Below, one piece after another: positions 1 through 12,900 of a stretch of 50,191 nucleotides of DNA. The notes below the pieces were generated by a model, which saw nothing but the letters and a program-made list of their open reading frames with translations, was not told the DNA's origin and did not search any database. Numbering within the stretch: the first letter of the stretch is position 1; each line of letters opens with the position of its first letter. The stretch is from Girardia tigrina. Its lineage: Eukaryota. Location of the stretch: the NCBI GenBank assembly GCA_001938485.1, contig MQRK01254634.1:1-50191 (forward strand), given 5' to 3'. The position numbers were made by a program, and so were the translations under genes.

Positions 1-1050
1 TCATTTTATATATGAAAGATATGAAATTCCTGTTTGATATAATTTTGAAATCATTTGATCACATTTCTCAAAATATACAATTTAAAAAATCAAGAACCTC
101 TGCGGAGATACAACAACTGATTCTACTATATTTCATAAAAGTAGAAGAAAGGCACCAAGAATGAAAGAGCCAACCTTTGATCATATTCATTAAATATTTC
201 GGCTCACAAAAACTGTTTGGTGATGTATACAAACCAGAATAAATTTTCTTACGATAAATTTTCGTATCACTTAATAAATCTAGAAATGGTAACTTTTCCC
301 TTCTTTCCTCTTCTCCTGTAAATACAATACTTAGATGAATGTAGATACAGATAAGCATGTTCCTGAGATTTGAAAACCAGAAAATATCATCAACATATCT
401 TTTATATAACAACGACTTACTTCCGAAATTAAACCCTATTTTACTTTCAATGGTCGATAGAAATATAGCGGTCAATGTATTTGCTAATGGTGATCCCATT
501 GTGACCACATCTATTTGCTTCTTCCATTAACCCTTAAACAAAAAAATACATATTTGATGTAGAAAAAGTTTAAAGTTTCCAAAATGCAACTTATCATCGA
601 AACTTTTACATTCTTTTACTTAAAATTTGAAAATTAATTTGCAAATTAAATTTTTTTCACGTTGAAACAGTATTTTGCACGAAACCTTCAGATATCTTCC
701 AGACTTAACTAAAGTATGGAAAGATTAGTAAAATGTTTTGTTAGATTTGGAAGTAGACTTTATCATGGATTATACTGTTTGTTTCATTGTAGAAACAAGT
801 AAATCAAAAACAATTTTATCAGTGCTCTATGCGGGTAAAAGTCCCTCAAAATGGATTAAAAAATTAGAAATGTTGAATAATTTAATCGGTTCGAAGTTGA
901 TTCAATATCGGGTCCACAAATCGAGCCCGTATGAGTGATAAAAAGACTGAACGGTTAAGAGAAGCATTTTAATATGTGATTTTATGTTGTGCAATTATGG
1001 CATCACGGTGGAATTTAGAAATATTCAGTCCGACTAGAATTTTTTGACCA
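1..1050 (-). mobile_element. Degraded Penelope-like retroelement (PLE) reverse transcriptase
   Basis: ORF 68-508 carries PLE RT motifs MGSPLA, YKRYVDDIF, FTxEEE..KLPFLD and IYRK. Upstream broken frames give FKG*WKKQID and MP*LH (the LPKLH-type motif). Stops and frameshifts are present and the 5' limit is approximate. Confidence 0.8.
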
Positions 1051-1450
1051 AACCATTTGGTGTCTAGGTTGGATTTAAAACTTCGGATCTACAGAGCTGT
1101 TTCTGACCCTTAAACTACCAAAAAGTTGTCTTTTAAAACGAAAAAATGATTGAAAAGAGTCAAATATCACGAGTCCAGAAAGTCAATAATTTTTTTTAAA
1201 ATTCCTTATGATAAAGATATAACCAAATAAAATACATTTAATAATAAATCAAATATGCATTTATTACTATAAAATCCTTTAGCAAATTTTTGACACAAGT
1301 AGAGGAAAAATCAGAGTTTGTCCTCACCCCCGGGGGGTACCTTTTACCATGGCAACGGATCCGATTTCCTTGAAAACGCCTCTGATTGGTTCCGGCTATC
1401 TTTGTGACAGTCGCGAAATTTTTAACGGTTTTATAAGGACGTTAATTAAT

Positions 1451-2123
1451 ATTGTTAGGAATTTTAAAATATCAGGAAAATTTTGAAATAATGTTAAATG
1501 AAATATATACAAATTAAAATTTAGATATATTTAAATATGTAAAGTTTAGAAAAGAAATTTGAAAAATTATTAAGATCTAATTAAATTGTTAAGAATTAAG
1601 AATTTTTTAAATAGTTGTAAATGTAATATACAAATTAAAATATATAATTTTGAAAAATTAATAAAAATAAACGAAACTGTTTGGAAGAATATTAGTATTA
1701 TTAAATTATTATTCAAAATTACAATCATTCAAATAAATATTAATTTATATAAAACTAATTAAATGTGGTTCCAATTATTTCATCATTAATTCTCGCATTT
1801 TTTATGTATTTGTTTTAATTATTAAATATATTTTGGGAAACGAAGTTATTGTGTAATTCTTTTTAAAAACTAACAGAAACGATTAAATATTTTAAAATGT
1901 TATCGTAATTTAAAATTGATTTATAAAATTAAAATAAAATCAAATATTGATGTTATAAGCATTTTTATTTATATCGGTTTAAGACTTATAAAACAAATTG
2001 TTTCTCAAAAAAATAAATTTGTTTAAATATTAGTTTTAAACATTTTTTATATTATATTAAATTGGGACGTCGGAAGTAACTGTTAATAATAATTCCGAGA
2101 GTGTTCCAAGAACATCTAATAAT
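1451..2123. repeat. AT-rich interspersed repeat; inverted copy at 18270-18443 plus 22932-23256
   Basis: Direct comparison: attgttaggaatt...gtgttccaagaacatctaata matches the reverse complement of the two flanks of the Gypsy element. Confidence 0.75.
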
Positions 2124-2469
2124 TATGTCGGATAAAGACGATCCTATTAAGGCCACTTATATCAAACTTAACAATTATTTTTATCGATAATGATCACATT
2201 TTTTAATTTCTTTGACAATTCGTTGGATACACAAATATTTTCATAAAATTAAAAGAAAATAACAAACATAATTCTTAGGTGTTATAAGTATTTGCACAAT
2301 TAATTCGTTTCCTAAAAATATATTTGATAATTAAAACAAATTTACAAAAATGCGAGAATAAATTATGAAATTTTTAGAACCACGTTTAATTAATTTAAAA
2401 TAAATTAATATATATTTGAAAGATAGCAAATTTGAAAAATAATTTATAATTAACAATCTTCTTCCTAAC
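1680..2469. repeat. About 175-bp imperfect inverted repeat pair (1680-1853 / 2295-2469), foldback or MITE-like
   Basis: ttctcgcatttttt...gggaaacgaagttattgtg is reverse-complementary to cacaattaattcgtttcc...aaaaatgcgagaa. Confidence 0.65.
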
Positions 2470-2557
2470 TATAATAATGATTGTTACATATGAAAGTATT
2501 TATGTAATTAAATTAGTATAAAAGATATGAAAAAAATAAATAACGAAATATTTTCAG

Positions 2558-5500
2558 AATCAAGATGTCATTGCCACCAAGATGCGATTTGCTTACCTGC
2601 AGTTGATGACAAAAACTGTCTATGTAAACCAGGCTATTTTGGTGATGGAAAAACTGTTTGTTCAAAAGTAACAAAGAAAACGGATCAGTGTGGAAATTCA
2701 TGCGCCAAGAATGCATCAGTTTGTACGCAATCTTTTTCGGTAATTTTAATAATTTTGAAATTTAATAGATTCAGCATATAGGGATCAGTATCATGATATT
2801 TTTAATATATTTATTAACCTACACAATTTGAATAGTCTTTATAATTTTCAACAGAAGTTATCATTCTCATTTTTCATTTATTTTCTTTCATGATAAAAGA
2901 GACATTTTCAAAATGAATCCAACTGCGGAGGGCTTTTTGCATATGAATTATGAATTTTATATTTTAGTGAAGCGAGATTTACTGAGGATTGATTGAAAAA
3001 AATTCCACTATCTCATACTGTGTCAAATACCTTTCGGAAATTCATAGTAACAGAAACTGTAAATGAATTTTCATGAACCGTGTTCCGCCCGATCCTCAGG
3101 TTGCCCGAGAATCGGACGAAAATAGCAGGGTTGCACAGAGAAATTCTGTGGATGAATCGCTGGACCCATTTGTTGAGAAGTGAATGAAAAATAACACCAG
3201 AGACTTTGTTTTCATTTAAGTTTTTCCTGTCATTCTGACTGAAACGCACAAATTGGGCGTCGTGCCTGAGAATTATGAAAAGGGGACCCTTTACAACAGT
3301 GGACCACAAATTGGACAAATTAGGGAAAGAGGAGTTGGTTTATTAACCAGACTACCTAAAGGTGATATCGAGTTTGAGGCATTCTCGGATCAAATTTTCA
3401 GAGTGAAAATCATTTCCTTCAGAATAATTATTGTAGGAGTGTACTCTCTTACTGATTGCGAATACAGTGATAGCGAGAAAACCATATTCTATGACTCTCT
3501 AAACACCGTGGTTGGAAAAGCAGAGGCAGAAGCTAGGCAGTCCTAGTTCATGTTGATTATGGGAGGAGACTTCAATTGCCCCATACACTTTGACTGAGAA
3601 AACCAAGTACCTTGTGTCGGAAAGTATGCACACAGTGCATACATGTTGGATAATGGAGAAAGGTTAGTACTACTAGCTGAAGAGAAAGGTATGAAGGTAG
3701 TAAACTTCTTTTTTTCGCAATAAAGAGTTGAAAAGCACTAGATGGACTCACACGGCGATGAAGAGGAGGGAGCTGCTGAATTACCTTCTTGTGCCTTCAA
3801 AAATATGAACAAGATCCAAGCATCTTTATGACTGTGGATCCGATCACGATTGCGTAGTCTTATATCTAAAAACAAAAAGATATGACACAGCTAGTAATAA
3901 ATGGAAGCCGAAAAAAGAATTGTCTAAAAGCATTCGGAAATATCTTTTTACTCGTGACCGCGAATATTTGTCGTCCAAGCTTCAGCTAACCATTTGGGAA
4001 GCAGAAGTTACGATGGGAAAACACAGTGAGAGTTATTACAACATTACTGGGAAAGAAATGGATATTGTACTCTTCCGTACAAAATTTGCAATGGTAGAGA
4101 GCCGCACGAAACAAGGTAACCTATTCCATTTGTAAATTTAAGCGAGAAAGATTGATCAATCACAGTAATGAGATTGAACAAAGTTTAAATTTTGGAAGCT
4201 TCAAGAAGAAAGGTTTGGCTTATCTAGAATTACGTATACTGGGAAATCCAGAAACAAAAATGCATACGCTTTTTAGACCTGTGCCATCAGTCTCTAATAG
4301 TCAGATGGCAAGTCATTATCAGAAGCTCTTCGATGCGCGCCCACTTATTGAGGGGGCTGATATGACTCGATTCCCTGAGGAAAGTTGTATCGGTATGGAT
4401 CTACCGAACACAGAGAGGTAGGGCTTGCCATATCACAAATGAGTAATGGGAAGGCACCCGGCTCAAATGGGGTGATTGCGGAGGTTTTAAAATGGGGCGG
4501 ACAATCTCTCATTGACAAACTGAAGCTGGATTTTGAGATGATTCGGAAATGGGATGATCATCAGGTCCCAAATGCTTGGAGGAATGCAAAAGTGATAATA
4601 CTCTTCAAGAGAAAGGGTGCAAAGTCTGATCCGAATAATTATAGAGGGATCTTCCTCTTGGAAGTCACCGGCAAAGTTTGCGCCCGAATAATTGTAAATA
4701 GAATGACGCCGGCGATGGAAGAAAGTTAGACCCTTGGCAGTTTGCTTTTCGGCCGAAAAGAGGTACTATGCAAGCTATAAGTATACTCAGGCGGATACAG
4801 GAAGAAGGTCGATACAAGAACCAGAAGGTATTTGTGATATTCATAGATTTAGAAAAGGCATTTGATAGTGTCCCACGTGAAATTCTGTGGGCCTGCCTGA
4901 AAAGATTTGGCTTGACCGACAAGATTCTCTACCTGATCAAGAAATTTCATGAGAGCTTTATTGCCTCTTTGGGAGATTGTGAGTTTCTCATGGAAAGAGG
5001 TGTCAGACAGGGATGTGTGATGGGACCTTGTCTTTTTAACTTGATCTTCCAGGAAGTTATCAAAACAGCGATACTGAAAGAATTCGGGGGAGGAATCACT
5101 CTGATCGATGAGCATGGTGACGAATTTCAAGTCAATAGACTTGCTTATGCGGATGATCTATGTATTATCCACTCTGATATTGATCGTGTCTGTAAAAACC
5201 TGGATATTCTTAGAAGCATATTTTCAGAATTTGGGTTGACTATTATTGCATCAAAGACCAAAATCATGTGCCTAACTGATGACTCGGAGACTGGAATATC
5301 GCAAGTGATGTGTGGTGACAAAGTCATAGAACGGGTGAGCGAGTTATATTACCTCGGCAGTATATTCACAACATGTGGTAGCTGCAGTCAGGATATCAGT
5401 CAGCGGTTGCGTTGTGGAATGATTAATTTACGCGAATTGCAGCCTGCGATTCAAAGTAACCAAGTTCCTATAGCGCTGAAAAGAAGACTAATCGAATCAA

Positions 5501-6901
5501 GCATTTTTCCTGCAGTGTATTATGGAAGTGAGTGCTTGGCAACACCTGAAAAAGAGGTAGCCCGGCTACAAGTTTTTCATAATACCTACATATGCACTGC
5601 TCTTGGTAAAACTAAACTTGACAGAATACGTAATACGGATATGTCAATTGGTTTACCCTAGGCACGTGTGGTACTGGTGAAACGGTGTATTGTATTCTTT
5701 GAGTACAATAGACGAAAAGGTGTACGTGAGGTAAAAAAAGTATTAAACTCTGAAATTGCCTCAGGAAATAGAAAAGTCAGCGACCGTAAAAAGCAGTTGA
5801 GGAAAGAGCGTATTACCCGTGATATACTCTGGTTATTCGGCGGCCAAGAAGATCTAGTCGAATACCAGGAATGCTTGAATGAGAGATAAATTCTCAACAC
5901 TGACGAGAAATTCAAACACCTAATCAAGGAAACTGTATCTGAAAAACTGATAGAAGTCATTGAACAAAGAAAAGAGTACCCGAAAATCCTTCAGTCGCGT
6001 ATCAAAAGAGTGCAATGCACGTATCTTTCTTGTTTCAAAGCTTTTGCGGAACAGAATGAACTAAGAAGACACATCTAAAACGTGAATACGGTCACGATGC
6101 CGCAGCGTCAGATTGGTGACAAACCTTTCCGATGTCCCATGGAAAATTGTCACAAGACATATAAAACGGCTGGATGGTTAAAGCGGCATTTATTGATCGA
6201 TCACCGAACCAAAGGCAGTACCAGTGGTACTAGTGATTCACAAAATAACGCAGATGAAGGATGTACAAAATCTTTGAACCCGATCGCGATGCATGATGTG
6301 TCAGTGCCCCTCAATGGTACCGCGGAGACGGACCCAGAAGTGATAGCAAGGGTGGTTCTCGACTTTCGGTTAAGTAATGATATGGGGATATTCCGGTATC
6401 CCTTTACTCATTGTAAGAAACATGTTTACACATCCAAAGCTCTACAGAATCGCGGTACGAGGGCTCATGACTGGTCCTTTCTGACTGGGAAACCGAAGAG
6501 TGCCCGTGCACTGAAAGCTCACATTCTTGCATCTAAAGCCGTGCGAGAAAATCAGTAGGCTCTGTATTATTTATTTTTGGTTTCTATCCGATACAGAGTC
6601 TATGACTCACTACCCTGTATGCCAATGCTGGTATTGTAGTCTCTACAATACTCAGTTATCCGTTCAGTCGTGGGAAGCATATAATAACTTCAAAATGTTA
6701 ATTTATTACAATACAAAATAAGTTTTTTAAAAAAAATGTATATTTGTGTAAAAAATATTCTATTTATTAATCTTTACTTATTTTCATTTAGAAATTGAAT
6801 TCTGCAGTTCTCATTTTCACTAAAACGTATTTTAATTTTAAAAGGATTTTTTCTTAACCTTATTTCCAACATTACTATTATCATCCAATTATATCATATT
6901 A

Positions 6902-6987
<86 letters not shown>

Positions 6988-9900
6988 TAATACTTCAGGG
7001 TTCATATGGTTGTGTGTGTAACGAAGGATACGAAGGAGATGGTTTCAAATGTAAACCTAGTTGTAAAACCAGACAGTGCAATGTGTTTAGTAGATGTATC
7101 GTGGATTCTTCAGGTTTATTAGTGAATATTACTTAACATTTAAAAGCCAATTTTAGCATCCCACTGTTTTTGTGGATCTGGATCTGTTGAAACAGAACCC
7201 AATGTTTGTCACGGAGATTTAATAAATACAATGTATCATCTTCCTGGTTTTAAGAATCTTTTAGAAATGAATATCAGCTGTTTATCAGAGGACATTTCAA
7301 AACATTTAGTTACACCACGAAAAGACCGGATATTGTTCCTTATAATTCCATTAGATAAAAATGTATGTCTCAACTAAATTAGAGTATTTTATCAAGCACA
7401 TTTTCTAGATATTCTCTTCTTGTAGTATTGCCAAAGATTATATGGTCTTCACTACCAAAAGTGACTTGCTTCCAGATATCATGTATCAATTCAATTTGAA
7501 AACTGAGAGCGATAAGTTCATTTCCGTTTCTAAAAGTGAAGATGTAAGTAAAAATTATTTAAGATAGACATAACATAATAGTTTTAATTATTTTAAAACC
7601 ATCGAATATTTCTTAATAATGTGATAATACATTTTAACACTATTTCAAGATGGCTATTGAAACATTTTGTTCTTTTCAGTTTTTAAATAAAGGGTGCGAA
7701 AGCTAATTGAAGCCTGTCTTCGAAACCATCGGCTTTACAGCTGTTCTCTAATTTTCCTTGATTAGGTCTTCGTCTATCATACAATGGACCAACTTTTCTC
7801 AAGCCTTTTTGGAACTTGTTTGTAACATCAATATAACTATTAAACTGCTTTAAAAATCAATCAACCTTATCTCTGTATCAGAGCATCTTCGTTAAAGGAT
7901 GATGAAGAATTTTGTGTGATCGCCACGTGAAGCGGATTGATTTCCAGATAATTATCATCCCCCATTTCATGTAGACATAAAGAATTATTTTCAAAAAAAA
8001 GATAAATAATTCAAAAAAAATTATTTTAGCTAGTTATTAAAAAATAACTTGTAGTAATTTATTAATAATTAATTTGATCACGGCTATATTTACGTATTTT
8101 ACAAAAACATATTGGTGTCCGTTTATTTCTGACATCATTTCTCTTTTTTAAAAGTATGTATGTAGTGTTCTTGATCAGAGATGTATCCTCATTTTTAATT
8201 TATTTTTCAAAATAAAATAAAACATTATTTTTTTAAAAAATAAATATATATCACCATCCTAAAATTAAACAAAGCAAAAATATCTTCTTAATTCAATTTA
8301 CCAAAGCATACAACCAAAGACAACAAAGGCAAAAATAAATAAAATTAAAAATGAAGATACATCTCTGATCAAGAACACTACATACATACTGTATAAAAAA
8401 AAGAAAGTTGATTTTACTTGTACAATTTAATTTTATCAATGTAAGTGAATCAACCTTTTTCTTTTTATAACTTTGGAGTGGGGCTACAAAATATAAAAAA
8501 ACTCAGATGTTGAAATGAATAGCTATTATTCAATGAAAATTTACTAACTCGTACAGTAACTGATTTCAATTAAATATAAATAATGTCAGGAACAAATGAT
8601 AATGACATACTTGTTAGGTCTTCTTTAAATCAAATTTTTACTCGGAATACAGTTATTCAGTTATTCAATTTTTTATATAAACTATTTTCTATTCTTCCTT
8701 CTTTAGAAAAAATATGACATAAATGGTTTTCGTTATTCAGTACTTTATATGATGACGATTAATATGTTCCGTTATTCTCTCTTGTATAAAATGGCTTAAA
8801 TGAGCCTTATTAATCAAAATTCAACACAGTAAACAAGGTAATAAATTCGCTTGGCAATAATTGCTTTTTTATTCACTTCTATTGAGAAAACAGTTTTATT
8901 AATTTTGATTTCTGCCGTCTATGGTAATATCAATTTTAATATTGATTTTTAATTTAAAATTTTTATTATAATTATTATTATAACTTTCTAGCGCCAAAAA
9001 GTCGAAATCCTTGAAAACTTTCTCATAATCACCATTGTCAAACTCTTTTCTTTTTCATTCTTTGACCATAAAAAAATGCTCAAAAATAATAAAAAATAAC
9101 ACATATTTACACACATTACACATTTCAAACGAACCCAAGCAAAACGCACGATCGAACACTTGAAAATAAAATGGGTTATATACATACTTTTAAAAAAGAG
9201 AAATGATGTCAGAAATAAACGGACACCACATTAACCATCAATTAGGATACTACAAAAGTTGAGCATACTTCAAATGCGAAGTTTACAAACACAGAAGAGT
9301 AGCAAGTAAACATCAGCTTTCCAAGTAAAGAATTAATATTTTACCAACTTTTGGATTTTATAGCAATATTTTTCGGTTGATGTTGAGGTAGTAAACTCGT
9401 GACATTAGATTTTCGCTTCTTCAATATTCTTTAATTGACTTGCTCGTTGAAAGTAAATTTATCAAATGAAACAAATAATGGTTGGATATTGTGAGACCCA
9501 GACTTTTTGAGAGATAATGAAAGACTTCAAGATTCATAAGATCTTGAATTATTTTTGGATTTGTTGTCGAAATTTGCCCTGAACTATAGTTATGAATGAA
9601 TATTTCCCAATACTTAAAGATTCCGTTATAGTTGTTTAAATAAAGGTTTTAAGTTATTCTTTAACTTTCAGGAACGATTGAAAAGGACAGTACTTCATCC
9701 AAATTCAATTAGACTAATATAATAACCTTTTTCTCAAATCATACTCATAAAACAACCGGGGATTATTTTGTAGGGGTTATTTGGAACAAATCTATTTTTT
9801 ATCTTAGTGACGATTCATTTCTAGAATCCTGACTATAATCGTGTGACGTTAAGCCTGCGTTGAAGTGTCTTTTTTGTACCCCAAGATGCTGGAGATTTTA

Positions 9901-12900
9901 ATCAATGATATGGAATAAGTAGGCTAAAGTTCTGCTTTTTATTATGGTGGCTGGTTAATGTTTTACTTCCGTGAGCAGCATGTCCGTTGTCTGGACGTTT
10001 TGACCAAATGTATGTATGTGGAATATTGATAAAATTCAAAGACCACTTTTACATTCTGTGTTAAAACCCACTAAACCGGAGTATCCTTATTAATGTCAGT
10101 GTAAAAAATCTTTATCAATTGTTTTGTCTGCTGAATATCTTTGAAGAATGTTGTTTATTTATGACTTTTAATTTAATGAATATGTTGACATACCAAACAA
10201 ATTAATAATCTGATATTTATAAAAATGTCTCTGCAAAAACTGAAAAAAAATTATCGCTTAATTATAGGAAAAAGAAACGAAAAGAAAGGAAGGATACAAC
10301 TATTATATACCGTTACATATGTAATTGTGAAAAAAATAATATAATAATATTCTAAATTTGATTACCTAACAAATTTTACTAATACAGTCAACTCCGCATA
10401 TCTCAAATTTTTTTAAAGTCCCGATTTTTTTCTCCATAAGTTTCAATACATTTTAATACTGTTTATCTCGAAGTCGTTTAACTCAAATTATTGTTTATCT
10501 CAAATTGTTTTTTGTACAATTGAGTTTTTTTAATAAAAATTGTTATAAAATATTTATGAAAATGTTAATTGAATTTTAAATATCATAAAGTAAATATTTT
10601 TTTTAAATAACATTTAATTACGGGTAAATATTTTAAAGTTCTAATTTGATTGTCGAAAATACCATATTTATCGACTATGTTGATGTTGATAAAAATCTTG
10701 TTTCTGTTGCAACTTGTTGAAAATGACATCTGAAAATGACGTCGTCAACGGCATGCAAGAAGACAAGAAGGAAATGCAACTGAATCAAGTGATGAAGAGT
10801 CAGGTTCTGAATGTCGTTCGCAGCAAAAGCAATTCATGATCTGAAACTTTTTGCATTGCAATATTCCGAATCAAACAGAATTCTTGATCATATCAGTACC
10901 GTTAAAGACTGGATCTTTAGTCAAAAGTCCAACGAAGGACATCAACGATTGATAACTGACTTTTTTCACAATTGCTAATGTTAGAAGATAATTGTTCTAT
11001 GGTATCTTTTTTGTCTGTTAATGTTTGCGTATTTTTATTGTTACACCCTAGGATTACGAAGAAAAAAAATATTTGTGAGGTTTAACAGTTAAACATCAGT
11101 ATTTAGATTTTTTAAGCTGAATATTAATGTAACTGAAACTTGAAATATAAATTAAAATTAAAAAACGATATTGATAATTACTTGTAACAATAAACTTAAA
11201 ACTGTGTGATTTGTTGGAAATCGTTTGTCTCAAATTTCGATTATCTCAATTTTTTATGGTGTCAAGAATTTGAGATATGTGGAGTTGACTGTAATCGTAA
11301 AGAAAAACTTCAACAGTAAATGAAAATAATAAATTTCTTTTAATTGCTGCTTTGATATAAATATTGTTTAAATTTCGTTTCCAATTGTAGAACGTCTGGA
11401 GGATTAATGACGACGTGAAGGTTGTAAAGAGAGATTTATTCACCAATGCAATCGTTTTATATTTGGACAAATCAGAAGATTTATTATACAAAGTATCTTC
11501 TGATTTTTCAAGGAAAATAGAAAACGTTTTTTATTTATTATTAATTATATTTTAATAAACAATTGTTTAGAACTCAAAACTAATGGTCTTACTTCCGGTA
11601 GTTTTACTGACATTTGTCGCAGTATTAGCTCTGGGGATAATTCTTTATCGAAAAAGAAAGAACTCAGTTTTTAATAGAGTGAGAATGTTTATTGTTATAC
11701 GTTCTTCATTATTTTTAATCAAAATTTATAATTAATTTATTCACAGAATATATACAGAATTTCTTACCATTACTTTCATACAAATGTTAAAATGCTTTTT
11801 TTTACTTTCTTTCAATAAACTTTTGTCATCTTTGCTGAGCTTTGAATTCCGAAAGAATTTGAATTCGAAAATATTTCTCGTACTTAATTAGGTGAATCTA
11901 CATTCAGTCAATAAAGTACCGGGAATCGGACATTGAAACACAAAATATTTATCATTCTTCTAAATTCTTCTTTAAGTAGGCGCCTTCTGAAAGAATGCAC
12001 TTAGGCCAACAAATAATACAATCATTAAAACATTTTTTAATGCATTTTCTGTAATCAACTTAAGTTCTCGCCGCAAATTTTCTTTAATGGTTTCTATTGA
12101 TTGAAAGCGAGAGCCGCGAAGTGTTAATTTCAGTTTTGGAAATAGAAAAGAATCGTCGGAGACATATCAGATGAATATGGGGATTTTTCGTTAATATTTG
12201 TTGGCTTTAAGACCACAAAGTCGCTCCTTGTATTTGCTTTCCACAAATCTGTCTTTTTCGACGATTTTTTGTCTCAAAAGCCGCATTACACCAAGATAAT
12301 ATTCTTTATTTACTGTCTGGCCTTCGAGAAAAATTTCGGAATGCACTACACCGTGATAATTAAAGAAAACAGTTTATTTTTGATCTACCCTAACGTGGTT
12401 TCTTTGGGTTTTGACTTATTTGGAAGTCGCCATTCTGATGCTTGTTGAATGGTTTGCATTTCGAACTTGTAAACCCATGTTAAATCAGCAGTTACAATGT
12501 GTTTCATGAATTTGGGGTCGGAATCGACTCATTCCAGTATGTCTTAAGCAACCTTTACGCAATAGACTGTTATCGTCAAGGTAAACTTTTAATCAATAAA
12601 TACAAATTCTCAAGTCAAAATATTGTTTCTGTTTTTGTAATTGAAATATTAAAATAAATAATTATTTATTATATGAAATGGAATACACCAAAATCAATTT
12701 TTACGAACATTGAAGTATAAAATTTCTATTGGACTGGATGTAAGAAACTTGCAGAGGGTAGTCGACTTGAACATCACCACAGAGCCGTAGTAAGGAAAAA
12801 GTACGCCCTGTGCGAAGTTCAAATCTGGCGCTTCCAGCGCGAAAAGAATTCACTACTATAAATTATTCCTTAAAAGAATTAAATTGACTTTGGACGTTCG

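Noticed and set aside
8707-8837. Exon-like segment (ctttag...aag|gtaata) in the EGF gene intron
   Set aside because: It has a stop in the required frame and lies inside a TIR element; 7543 joins cleanly to 11391 without it.
9825-10060. Frame interrupted only by TGA codons with a FAS1-like SVFFVPQD, hinting at recoding
   Set aside because: TGA is the terminator of the thyropin gene and TGG encodes Trp in host exons. The gene model is complete without it, so chance or decayed transposon is more likely.
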